From Coniocarpon cinnabarinum (taxonomy: Eukaryota), in NCBI GenBank assembly GCA_051942205.1, contig JAVECO010000040.1:62001-126000 (forward strand): DNA of 64,000 bases, in the 5' to 3' direction. Every line of letters starts with the position of its first letter. Within the stretch, counting starts at the first letter, position 1. The notes beneath the pieces were generated by a model, which had not been told where the DNA came from, made no database searches, and saw only the letters and a program-made list of their open reading frames with translations. The position numbers and the translations under genes are program-made. Below are positions 47,959 through 60,385 of the stretch, in pieces.

Positions 47959-50900
47959 TTACGCACCGGGCAAGTTCAATGTCGTTTGCCCTCTTTCCGG
48001 ATCTAACATTCGAATAACCCTGACATCCGGCCCGTAATCCACGCCTCCCATCGACTGCGGCGTAATAAGCACAAATTGCCGTCCAACGGCTTGTCGCGCA
48101 CATTCAATCATCATCTTCATGCTCACGTCGCGGTTCACACTATCCATGAAGACGTCAAACTCGTCGAGACATCGAATGGGACTGCCCATAGCTTCCCACA
48201 AGGAAAGCAACATGCAGACCGTGCTGAAGGATTTCTCACCCCCGCTTAGCGTCTTGGTTTGACGTGCATTCTCAGAAGATCTGCCACGCGTTTCCGGGTC
48301 GACTTGTAGGGATAAGGCCTTGGACAGGTGATCGATCTTCATTGCACCGTGGAAACCACGTTTGCTCATGAGATGCTGGAACTCAAGGCGTGCGCGGATC
48401 GTAATGTGATTGCGGAAGTGCCGCCACACCATCGACCGATCGTTTAAACTCTTCGACAGCTCTCTGACGAGATTGTTGGTCCTGGCAAAGTTGTCTTCGG
48501 CTTCGACTAAGGCTTTCTTCGCCTGTAAGTGTTCCAGTTGCAACGCTTCGCGTGTGCCGCCTGCCAGCGCGTCGTGCCTGTCTCGCTCTGCATGTAACTT
48601 CTCCAGCACCTTTTCCATCTTCTCATAGCTCATGCCGGGTTCCACGGGCACTCGTGCAGAAATCTGCTCAGCTTGACCCGTCCATTCGCGAACTTGCTCG
48701 GCTTGTTCGTTCCGTCGTTGCTCAGCACGAGCAACATCTGTCTGTGCATCGTGAAAGGAGTGATCGGCTTCGTTCTTCTCTTTGAGGGCACGCATACGGC
48801 TTTCCTTGTATTTCCTGATGCGCTGCTCGGCAGCGGCGATGGCGTCGTCACGGTTCTTCAACTGCGTGTCAAGCTCGTCGAGAGCGCGTTTATTCTCGCG
48901 GTTGCCGAGAGCGATGTCTTCCTTTTCATGCAGTGTGTCGTTCAATTGCTGCTGCAGATACTCGGCTTGTTCTTTGTGCTCATCGAATTGTTGTTTCAGG
49001 CCCTCGAGTGCGCCGTCTTGAGGTTGCATGGCTTCGAGCTCGCTCTTGAGATCAGCGAGGTGATCCTCAGTGCGTTGGGACTGTAGCTGAAGGTCTTTCT
49101 TGCGGCGTTTGTGCTGTTGAACAGCTTGTTGAGCAGTCTTCATGGCCTGCTCGCATGACTGTTGATGTTGCTCGGCGCCATGGAGGTCATCCTTGAGACC
49201 CCGGACAGTCTCTTCCTGAGAACGGATGGCAGCTTCGTCGTCGGTCTTCATGCGGTAGCCTCGTGTCCACGGATCGACCGGTTCCATCTTTTGACTGCCG
49301 CCTCTTCCTTGCTGGAAACGAAAACCGCGGCCACGCTCGCGGGGATGCGGACACATGATTGCCTTGCAGAAGGTGGGCAGGCCATTTTCAGATAGTCTGA
49401 TCGCCTCGGCTTGACTATCAACCAGGATCGTTTGCTCGATTGCAGAATTGATCACTAGTTGAGTCTGCACTGTTTCATTGTCGATCTCTAGCGCACGGAG
49501 GATAGTGTTAAATCGGTGATCAGGCTCTTTGAGAGCTGCAATGCGGAAATTTGATGGAGCCACCAGAATGTGAGACGGGCACTTATGTCGTGTCAGGATT
49601 TCGGAGAGACGCTTTTGATCCTGGCGACTGGTAACGATAAAGTTATCGAGCAGATTGCCAAATGTCTTTTCAATCATGTTCTGCCACTGCGGCTGCTTGT
49701 TGCGGATATGGATACCGAGCGGTCCCACAGGCTTATTTTGAAAACTGCGTTCCTGATCGATAGCTTTCAGAACATTGCGCATGCTTGTATGAAACGAGGA
49801 GAGACGGTCGCGATTGTCATTTCGCAACGAGTCCAACTGCTTTTGCGCCTCCTTCGCCGCAGCGTATCTGCGCTTCTGTGCCGTGATAGCGTGATCACAG
49901 TGCTCTTTGGCTGTCTGAGCGTCATGTTCCAGTTGCTGAAATTTGCCGTCATGCTCTTTCCCTTGATCGTGAATATCAGTTAACGCTTGCTCAGTCTCAC
50001 GGATTTCGTCTCGCTTATCGTTTTCGCGACCACCACTACGATCATTCAAACGCTGATACTCGCTCTCAATAGCCTTTTCCGTCTCTGTGAGACGCTTTTT
50101 CTCGCTATCGTAGCTACCCTTAATCTCACGAGCATTGTTTGTGCAATCCTGAATCTCTTTCCGCACAGCCTCGAACTTCTCTTTGGCCTCGCGGTGACTC
50201 TCTTCAAGCGGTTGCTTGTCTTGCTTCAGCTGCTCGATTTCCCGTTCTGCTTCCTGTGCAACCTGGTCTGCCTGGTCAAAGCGAGCTGCAAAATTCTGCA
50301 AAGATGTCTCGGCTTGTCGAACGCGCTCGTTCTGATCGTGAATATTTTGCTCGCATTCTTCGAGTAAACGTTCCTGATCTTCCACTTGAACCCATGCCAT
50401 TTGCCTGCTGATTTTTCGTATCTTATCCCGCACGCTCTCGGACTTTTGTGACAGTTCGAGCTTTTTCTTCGCTGCATCATACTTTTGTCTGACTGCTTTG
50501 CAGTCGTCCGCAGCTGTAAGCAGGGCGTGGTCTGAATTATCTAGCTGCTCCCCAAGCATGCTGTAGTCGGTATCTAGTTGTTCCAACTGAATGCCCTTCA
50601 TAAAGAACCGGTACTTATCCGCATTCGATGAGTTGTTAAGGAACTGACGAGCTTGGTCTTGCGTCAACACATTTACTGGATTGTCCAGCTGCAGAGCGAA
50701 GAAGTCAGTAATGTCGTCTAGTTCTGCGCGCTTTGTGCTGATGATACTCCTGGCATCTTTGCTCTTGAGTTTGAAGCCGCTGGCGCCGTGTATATTGAAA
50801 TGTCTCTCGACAACGATGGAGTCGCCATACAGATCGCGCTTGTACGCGCCGATGCCTTTATTCTTGATGCGCACTGTCAACACCGCAGTCCTATAAAAAC

Positions 50901-51548
50901 GCTTAGCAAAGCAACGATCGTTGAAGCATGGGACGGGGTGTTCTTACTCCGCACCCTCCCGCACAAAACTTCGTAGGCTCTGTCCGCGATTCGTAGAGGT
51001 CGCTTTGCCTCCTAGGCAAAGAGTGATTGCCGTCAAGACCGCGCTCTTACCACTTCCATTATGTCCGATGATGAAATTGATGAGAGGGCCAAACGCGACA
51101 TTAAGCTTGCGATGACACATGAAATCTTGACAAGTGACCGATTCAAGAATGCCACAGTCGGCCGCCTGGTTGGTGACAGTGTCCGCATCTTCCTTGCGAC
51201 GAAATAAGTCCCTTGCAGCCTCATCGAGGCGTTCCGCGTCTTCATCACTGTCGGGATCAGGGTTGTTATCTCGCGTGTCCGTGTAGGTCTGCAAGATGTT
51301 GCCTGAGGGCTGAAACTGAGTAGAGGCGAAATCGGCCTCATTCAAGAAGGAGCTCTCGCGAGAGCGACTGTTTTCAGACGGCGTCACAGAGAGTCTTTGG
51401 CGTTTATTCTAGTGGAAGCGTATCAGCTTCCATGGCGCCATTTCATGTTCTCCAAAGGACACACCTGCACAGAAGGACGTAAGGTGGAGGCAGCGCTCTC
51501 CAGCACTTCAGTCCGGAGGTCGCGCGACTTGCGCTTGGATGGAGGCAT
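47959..51548 (-). CDS. smc6: Structural maintenance of chromosomes protein 6
   Basis: Walker A GHNGSGKS with [16 protein letters not shown], long coiled coils with a hinge, signature LSGGEKS and Walker [10 protein letters not shown]. Start MPPSKRKSR at 51548; two introns. Confidence 0.95.
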
Positions 51549-51669
51549 CCTCAGCGAGGGCGTATGCTAGGACTAGCACATTTATAACGTCGCGACATGA
51601 GCACTATCGTGACATTTCCTGTGATGACAAACAACGAATGTGAAATGTATTGGCTTTCATATGAGGGCG

Positions 51670-51697
51670 ACGCGTCGTGGGTAATGGGACGACGCGT
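51670..51697. promoter_or_regulatory. Paired MCB (ACGCGT) elements upstream of smc6
   Basis: ACGCGT at 51670-51675 and 51692-51697, about 120-150 bp upstream of the smc6 ATG in the smc6/sro7 divergent promoter. Confidence 0.55.
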
Positions 51698-51997
51698 TTG
51701 GAATCACAGGATTCCTCTTTGGGAAATATCTTCCAGCCTCTCCGTCTCATCACGTGCCATCAAAGCCCGCGATGACTCGCTCGGGAATGTACATTGTTGC
51801 ATGCCCTCACGAATCATTATCATCGTGGACACCCGTGGCACACGAGCAAGAAAAGAATTGAGCGTCGAGGAGGAACATATCCTCCCTTGGTCGACCCAAA
51901 CTCGTCCTCTCTTCTGCCACCTGGCAACTTCTGAAAGACCATGTAATCCCCAGAGCGGGAATTTGACGCGGAATCAGACGCTTGACGATCTGGAAGT

Positions 51998-54900
51998 ATG
52001 GCGCATTTCATGCGTGGTAAGCAAGCTGGCGTGCAAGGCGACTTCAGCGCCAACATTCAGCCGGATCTATTCGCTATCGACGATGTAGGCTTTCCCCCAA
52101 GGCTTGTGAGAGTCTTTGTCTTCCGTGCCACGTTATTGTAGACAAATATCTCACTGCGTCCTACTGACTATCAACTTCGTAGCTCCGCCGCTTAGGCGTG
52201 TCATCGAGAGTCACTAAGGTTGCCTTTGACCCCGTGCAGTCTTTGTTTGCCGTGGGTACTGAGAGTAGTGTGTACGGGCCTGGGCAAATCTACGTTTTTG
52301 GGAGAAATCGCATCTCGTGCACTCTGCCACTGCCATCTCCTAAAGCTACCGTCAAAGACATTCAATTTTGTTCCGATCGTCTGGTGTGTCTAGACACCCA
52401 GAATGATATCAATGTCTTCAGCTTGCCGGAACGCAAGCGTACTGGAAGCTACAGTCCTCCCGGCGGCGTTCTCTGCATTGCCACGGACTCGACTCTTGAC
52501 TACGCTATGCTTGGGATGGCTAATGGGGAAATCCTCGCGTACGACTTGGATCGAATGGCGCTGGCTCCGTTTAGATTGCCTTGCTTGTGGGCAGAGCAGA
52601 ATGCAAGAGCCAAATCCATGCCTATCATCAATCTCGAGTTCCATCCTCGTGACATTGGCAAGCTGTTAGTGGGCTATGCCGAGGGTGCTGTCATCTATTC
52701 TTTCAAAAAGAACGAGTCAAGGATCCCGCTGCATTACAAGCTTCCTCAAGGGGCACCCGGTGGTGACGCCAATCCTACCATGATGAACATGCATCGAAGT
52801 CCTAGATTAACACAGGCGCTTTGGCATCCGACTGGAACGTTCGTTCTAACTGCGCATGAAGATTCAAGTATTGTGATCTGGGATCCCAAAGAAGGCCGCA
52901 TTATTTCTGCGCGATCCCTGACAGAAGTCGACGTCAACGTACCTGGGTCAGCTAAGCCTCAAGAGCCAGGCCGCTTCGTCCCAAGAACACCTATTATCAA
53001 TATTGCCTGGTGTTGCAAGAATGATCCTGATGACACTGCGCTGCTGTTCGCGGGAGGAACCTCAGCTGCTGAGCCTTCCAAGGGCCTCACTTTCCTCGAA
53101 CTGGGGCGAACACCTAACTACGCAACTTCGAGCTGGCAGATGCTGTCTGAATATTTCAACAATCCCAAGAAACTGCGAATACTACCTACCCCTCCCGGTG
53201 CAGAGGTGACCGACTTTTGTCTTGTGCCCCGGATATCACCCTGGTTTAATGGTGCACAAGATCCAATAGCACTGCTTGCCTTGACTTCTGGTGGCGAGAT
53301 CACCACTATGAGCTTCCCCAGTGGCTTTCCGGTCTCGCCTACGAATCAATTGAACCTGTCAATGACTTTTGTTCATCCTTTTATTACGCATGTCGATCAC
53401 GCTACGATGGATCGCGCTCGATGGCTAGGCCTAACAGAAAAGCGGCAGTCTGGTCCAAAATTCCTAGTTGGCGGTGCTGAGGCGTCGCACCCCCTCAAGC
53501 GCTTCGAGAGGCGCAGTATAGTGCTGGCGGCGCACGCGGACGGGACAGCCCGAGCCTGGGATGTCGGCCACGGTGATGAGGTCGAGAATGACTTGGTCCT
53601 CGAAGCAGACGTGTGTCGCGCTGTTGGTCGCCATGACAATGTCAATATCACCAAACTTGGCATGTCCGGTGCCAGTGGTGAGCTGGTAGCCGGTCTGCAG
53701 AGTGGAGAGCTGATCATCTTCAAGTGGCAGACGAACCGCAATGTTGGAATAGAGCCAGATGCACCCCGTCCTTCCCCCCCTGGGCAATTGATCAGCATAA
53801 GCGATCGAAAAGACCCAAGTCTGTCCGAAGGATTCCACGCATTCTCCTTATTGGATCAACAAGACGGACCTGTAACGGCAGTCAAGGTAAGCGATGTCGG
53901 ATTCATTGCTGCCGGTTTCCACGGCGGAGGCGTCATCCTCATAGACATGCGAGGGCCTGCAGTCATTCTCGACGCGCACGTCAATGACTTCGGGGTGAAA
54001 GAGAGAGGTGCGTTCCGTCGTAGTCGAAGCAACTCCATCAAGCAGGGCTATGTGACGTGTTTGGAGTTTAGTGTCATGAGCCTTGAGGGCGACCCCTATT
54101 CATCCCTCCTGCTACACATGGGGACTAACATGGGAAGCTTAATGACCCTCAAAGTATTGCCAGCACAAGGTGGCCGCTACGAAGCAAAAGCAGCAGGGTC
54201 AGTCAATCTCGACGACAGTGTCATCTCCATCTGCCCCATGAATGCGACGAATGGCAAACCCGCATTTGCCACACAAGAAGCTGTCGCAGCATTGCAAAAT
54301 GGCGCTCGCATCGACGGTGTCGTTCTTGTTGCCTCAAGATCAGACGCGCGCATCTTTCCCCCACCCACTTCCAAGGGTGCACATAAGGAGTGGGATGGCG
54401 GTGTTCAGTGTAAGGCTTTTGCTGTTACACAGGTGGCTGATCAGGGTATGGCTGCTGTTGGGATGTTTAGTGATAATTCGGTGCGAGGATTTACATTGCC
54501 CGGTCTACGCGAGATGCGCAGTGAGCGCGTGGGAGGCGTGTTCGACCGTACCCGACTTGGTGATGCCATCGTCACTCAGAGTGGAGACGTTCTGGGATGG
54601 GCGGGACCAAGTGAGCTGGCCTTGCTGAATTTCTGGGGCGCTGGTCTGAATGAGTGAGTGTCTGCCTTTTCAGAGAATTTAGAAGGGCGGAAACCACTGA
54701 CGATCGCTACCAGGACCGAGTCCAACGACCGGATATTCAACCCGGAAGCGTTGATGCCGCCACGACCCACCATTTCAAACTTTCAATGGGTCTCCGGCAC
54801 GCAATATATGACCGCAGCAGATCTCAATCTTCTCATCGGCGGGCCAGACCGACCGCCCTCCAAACGCCAGCTCGAGCAGTCCCGCGCCGACGAGGCAGCC

Positions 54901-55152
54901 CGGCGCGCGGGTCAACGCGCGGCCGTAGATCAGTCTGCCGACGGCATGCGTGATGGCTCCTCGCAGGAAGGTTACTGGGCATGGGCATCTCGCAACCTCT
55001 CGGAGCGCACGGAGAAGCTCAACATTATGGGCGACAGCATGGATAATCTGCAGAAGAACAGCAGTGGGTTTGCGGATGACGTGTCCAAATTTGTGGACAA
55101 ACAGAAGCGGAACCTCGTCATGGGCGCGGTGCGGAGCAAGTTTGGGATGTAG
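51998..55152 (+). CDS. sro7: Lethal-giant-larvae/tomosyn-like exocytosis protein Sro7/Sro77
   Basis: MAHFMRGKQAGVQGD, AFDPVQSLFAVGT, WD40 repeats, WHPTGTF and KGLTFLELGRTPNYATSSWQ, with C-terminal PPRPTISNFQWVSGTQY..LLIGGPDRP. Introns at about 52085-52182 and 54654-54713. Confidence 0.93.
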
Positions 55153-55497
55153 TGAGTCTGGCACAATGAGGTATTATGAGAGGACACTGCCAGAAGTTGG
55201 CTGCAAAGAAGTCATGATCACGGTCGCTGTAAAAGGTGGCGTCATATTCAAATGAGTTTCATGCGAAAATTGACGCGCGCGCAAACTTTCGGGGTGGCTC
55301 AGAGGGCATGGACAGGTGGGTTGTGCATTCACAAGGCGAGCCCGATATTGTTCATCTCGCAAGAATCTCAGTCAAGATGACGAGCCCGTGCGATGACAAT
55401 ATTTCGAGTCAAAAAGCGGTAAGTATGACAATAGAGCCTCTTTGCAACCAATGGAACGCCGAATAAGAGTGTGGCAACTTCTTACTCATCAGTAGGT

Positions 55498-55986
55498 CTA
55501 CCGTCGCCGCCTCCTCGAGCTCCCCGGGACCAGCTGATTTACGTTCTCGGATCGCACATCGTGTAAGGTTCTCTCCGGGTCTTGCCAATACTGCAGAACA
55601 CGGTTCCACTGGTCCAACCCTGTCTGCGCGTTGTTCATGTTTGTCTGGCCGCGACTCCTCTCTTGTGGCGTCCCCGCGTCGTCACGTTCCTGTTCAGCGG
55701 TATCCAATTGTTGTTGGAACGCCTGGATTGCCTGACGTGCCTCCGCTACTTTGGCTGTCTGGAGCTGCTGCTTTTTGGTTCGTACGTCTTCAACCTTTCG
55801 AGCGACTACCTGTGAGTAATAGTTGTAGGTGGTTCGTAAATGCTGTGGGACATCACCGCCTCCGATGTTAGTAGCTGCAATCTGCGTTCGAATTTGCTGA
55901 AGAAGCTCTGCATCAGGCTCCAAGTCCGCCTCCAAGTCGCTGAGCTCTTGCTCGAGCTGCGTTATTCGTTGTGTCAGTTGCGACAT
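55498..55986 (-). CDS. Orphan Gln-rich coiled-coil protein (162 aa)
   Basis: Good ATG context (cacaATG), pyrimidine-rich leader, helical heptad-like sequence and a basic C-terminus SSRRRRR. Confidence 0.7.
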   Translation of the reverse strand: MSQLTQRITQLEQELSDLEADLEPDAELLQQIRTQIAATNIGGGDVPQHLRTTYNYYSQVVARKVEDVRTKKQQLQTAKVAEARQAIQAFQQQLDTAEQERDDAGTPQERSRGQTNMNNAQTGLDQWNRVLQYWQDPERTLHDVRSENVNQLVPGSSRRRRR

Positions 55987-57761
55987 TGTGGCAGTGTCCC
56001 TGATGGAGAAATACGGAGGGCAAGAGAGAGAAAGAGAAGGCCGGAAGAAAGAGATGACACGCAGATAGTTGTCCTACCGGGTAGACTATTTCACAAGCTA
56101 GTGTGGGTGGAGGTCGGCGTTCAGATTATTGGTCAGAGGGGGAAAGCTGAATGGGAAAATGATCTGTCTGTCTGAGAAAGCTGCGTTGTTCCATGACCGG
56201 TCTCTGATGTATAGTCTATGCGGGCTCCTGTTGTCAGGGTGTTCACATGAGTTGCAACAGACGAAAGAACATACACGTAGCTGACAGCTCCAGGGGCCAC
56301 GTCGCGTCGAGCAGCGGATACGTTGAAGTGACCGCTTAAGACAATACGATGGATCCTTCATGATGTATTGCCGCGCCCTGGCATCTTGTTGTACAGGATA
56401 CACGAGGATCTCATCTGAGACAACAACTCCGGTCATGCGTCCGGGGCGATGCAAGGGTTGCTGCAATCACTGGCGCGCCCCGGGGTCTTGCCTGATGGTG
56501 TACACTCGGGTTTCATGTGGAATCGACAGCCGCTTCCTGCCAGGAGGCCAGGAGCTACAAGCGTCAAAGCATGAGCGCGGCATGGGTGACCCATCGCAGA
56601 GAAGGAGCGTTTCCGTGTCAAGACGTTATTGGTCCGGTGAGATTGGGTAGGATTCCACGAGGGTTTCAGATGTTCAAACCAAGAGCTGGTGGGGGCAACA
56701 GAGTTGATGCGTCCACACGCCGCCACGCTTGGCCCGCATCCGGTGAACCTCGCCCTCCGTGGAAAGCGGCCATCACCCTACCTTACCTCGTCGTTGGTCA
56801 CGTAAGGCATAGTGTGCAGTGGCAGTCGTGGACCACATTGCGTGGACGGGTCACGTGCCGTTCCGGACCAGCGGCTGTGCCGAGTCACGTGAGCCTGCTT
56901 GTGCTACCTAGGTACAGCCGAAGATCCGCCGCCAACCTTAAACGTACCTAGCGTGCTAGGTATCGTCGGGTGTCTCATAACACCTCATCTCGCAGTCTGC
57001 TGTAGCATGCAACGACACATTCATAAGCTGAGCGTCCTTGTGAGGGCACTGCAAAGACCCAACATGTCTTTGAAAAGGCTCATCACACTCCGGCGCGCAG
57101 ATGGGGGGCCTGAGCACAGCGACATTACCTGGACGTCTGGCAGAATCCTGCCCGTCTCTTCCACGGAAATTCGCTCCCGACACTCTACTCTTGATTCAAA
57201 TGACATTTTGAGCCTGCCTTGAGCTTGCAAATGCACCGACAAGACCATAGTCTCGCCGCAACCGCATCGGGGCCTTGACGGGTCAGGAAGGATCTGCAAC
57301 GGGCTATTGCCAGCTAGACTGCTTCGCTTGCCACGCTCCTGCCTTTGCTGCAATCGCCCGCAAAGCATGTCAAGGATCGTCTTGAGCGTGAAAGCTCCGT
57401 GTGAGGCTCGCTTTGGGTCTAGTTGCATTGAGCGCGCCTGTGCTGCGAACTTGACGTAATTTCGCCCTGGCGCAAGTCTCAGAATAGCGCGCCTACTGAT
57501 CGCTTACGTGTCCAAAAGAAATGCCTCCAGCTTGCCAGGAGAACAGCAACAGCTGTCGCATTCTATCGAGACACAGTGTACACTGCTTTGACTTGAAGGG
57601 AAAATAGATGAATGCCCTCTTAATGTTCTACTTCCATTTATGATCTTAGCTCCTGTGACCCATTCGATCTATTCACAGGCGAAAAGAGACTTACTCACGC
57701 AGGATTATACTCCATCGACCATCACAAGCCAACAGTACTCTCTACCTCTTCCCCCTTAAGC

Positions 57762-58346
57762 ATGTCCTCATCACAGCCAAGCGCCGAGCAAGAGTTATTC
57801 AAGATCGAACAACTCAAAAAGACAGAGGAGAAGAAAGCAAATACGATCAAAGACATCGGTAAGTCTCAGAATGACGTTCAGATGCGGATGAGTGTCAAAG
57901 ACATCCTCGCGGAGAACGGGCCGGATACTAAACACTGGAACCATGACGGCCTGGCCATCGCCGCCATCGAAGAGACCGACAAGTTCTTCCGTGAGCATAC
58001 CGGCGAGAAACCTCATAGTTCGAGGATCACGTGAGTGGAGTCAATGTGCTGTCTTGAGACCGAGAGCTTGCTGAAAATCGGTAGGAGTCCACAACAGCAC
58101 CATTTCACTCTCGATATGCTGAACAGTAGTGACAAATCGATCAAGATGATGACCAGAATTTCTCGCAAGAAAGTTCCAGGATCCAAGAACGGCATTCTTC
58201 ACGGCAGGATCTCCAAACCAAACCTACATCTTTCGGCTCTCAAACCCAAGTCAGGATCTCCCAAATCCTCCGAGCCCCCAGGCGAGGAGCATAAATGGTT
58301 CGCGAAGCTAAAACGTGGCGGCTTGGCCAAGCAGAGTGCAGTATGA
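57762..58346 (+). CDS. Orphan Lys-rich protein, two exons
   Basis: ORFs 57762-58034 and 58035-58346 join in frame when intron 58031-58084 (gtgagt..gctgaa..gtag) is removed. Confidence 0.6.
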
Positions 58347-59082
58347 CCATTAGACGCGTCTCTGCCTGTTAGTTTGCGGCAAACATAGAGCATCATGGCG
58401 TATGTTAATAAGCAATTTCCACACGTGAGGTCTGTGACATTTTCTTCGGTTTTCTCATTGGCTGCACGCCACCGCGACAGAAAGCAGTGCGTCCATCTTT
58501 TGGGAAATGTACGGCGAAATAAAGAGAGGCATATTGCTCGTGTTCGCTATTGCCTTCCATTATACCCCGCGGAAGCATGCATAAGGGCCGCGTTGGTGGC
58601 TATTGTGGGTGACGCGGCTGTGTTCTGTTGAGGAGACAAAGGGAAAGTGAGAGGCGTCGCCGTGAGGCATGCGGCTACATCGCTATAGCGGGAGTCAATT
58701 GGTCGATGACATTCAAATTTAAGCGCAGGCAGCCAAAGCGTGCAGCGTTTGATGGTGTGCGTATCGCATGGCGGTGGGGCGCTTTGCTGGAACTGCGCTC
58801 ATGATCACTATCATCACAGCATGAATAAGAGTGGCAATGTTCCCAACAAAATCTGCAGGGCAGACTAATGACTAGTTGCAGGTTTGAACGAGGGGGATAA
58901 AGGAAGTGTGCAGGCTGTGCGGTTTGACAGGGTCCACACAGCAAACGAGGTCAGGATGAATGCCCAGATGAAGGAGCATACTTAAGATCCGCGTATCCAC
59001 GTTGGATTTCCTGCATACTTGACACAACCATCATCATCACGAATGCGCCACTGAGAAGTGCAGGACCTTTCACATTCCCACG

Positions 59083-59767
59083 ATGGGTGACAACAATACC
59101 CCCGGGATATTTTACTGTCACAGGAACACGATAAACAAAATCGAAAATCGGGATGATTGGCCCTTATACTACGTGTGGGAGTGGAAGGACATTGAACTCG
59201 AGCCCGGAGAACCTCGTACTACATACTTGTTTCTCGATGAGGTGGTTGTTCATGAGCTTAATCATAAGCCTGATCCGCCTGTTGAGCTCTTCGGTCGTGA
59301 TATGCCTCACGAAACTCCGAATGAGAGACTTGATTCCTGGTATGGGCGACCCAAGAACTTCCTGACCCAAACCGAAACCATCAAGCGACTCCAAGAAGCG
59401 GTCATGCCCAACGAGGAAGCCCTGAAGGAGGAGTTTCGTCGCTTTGAACGCGAGATGCATACGAAGATTAAGGAGGCGTGCATCATGTTCGTTACCCATG
59501 CCTGGCAAAAGTCCCTATGAGTGGTCCATATCTGACCGCGATTTCTAGGCTAGTTACCAATGAGCACCTTGACGTCGCACTTCATGAGGGCGGGGGATTC
59601 GTTGCGGGTGAACTCCGCACCTATTTCGTGGGACCAGATGTACACTCGCGCCGCATCACCAGAATCAGAAATGAGGCTCTGATCGAGAGTAACGTATGTT
59701 GGGCAACCGATCTGGAGGGACACGTACATTCTGACCTATACGCCAGAAACCTAGTGCACAGTCGTAG
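59083..59767 (+). CDS. Orphan protein, probably three exons
   Basis: Exon 1 MGDNNTPGIFY..KIKEA, an intron ending ctgac..ctag at about 59548, exon LVTNEHL..IESN, a second intron gtatgt..ctgac..ccag, and last exon KPSAQS* (stop 59765-59767). Confidence 0.6.
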
Positions 59768-60385
59768 ACCCAGCTAGATCGACAGCTGAAGCCAAAACGT
59801 TATCATAAGCTTGCAGCAACAGATGTCTCGACCTTTTCTCTTCGTCATGACGAGCTTGTATGTCAGCCATGCGCGATTCAACACGCGTGAGTGCTTTGGC
59901 ATTGCTCAGTCAATAATGGCCGACCCTAGTCATTCATTCCTTCAGGCTTCCATTGATAGCCGATCATACTCTTGGCGCATCGGGCAGTCAGCCTACCACA
60001 GTAATTTTGTCCAATGATCACATTGGCTCTGTATTTAGGTAGCTGATAGCCGAAATGCCATTGCCGGTTTGATCGGCGTCTCTTGTCATTCGTATCACAT
60101 CCAGGAAACTTGTTGCGCATTGCCAGTCTCATGCAAGCTCATCTAGGTGGAACGAAGCGATTCAAGGCGGCCCCTTGCATCGTGGTGTCTGCTGCGCCGC
60201 CCGAAGCGTATGCAAACGGTCTTCAATGTTGAACGTTGAGGCTCTAGGGAAACTTTGAACGTGACGACGTTCAGATTGTGTGCCGCATTAGCGTCTTGGC
60301 GCCCCGCCTTTCGCGAGTTTCCGAAAATCGACATAGCCTTGGGATTCGTCCCAGCAACTCGACAACAAACACGCCCGCTCCAACA

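Noticed and set aside
51432..51441. ATGGCGCCAT, a perfect CYS-3/MetR-type palindrome
   Set aside because: Single occurrence inside smc6 intron 1, far from the sulfur gene.
58032..58037. Possible stop-codon readthrough between two abutting in-frame ORFs
   Set aside because: The TGA lies in a gtgagt splice donor; a normal 54-nt intron explains it.
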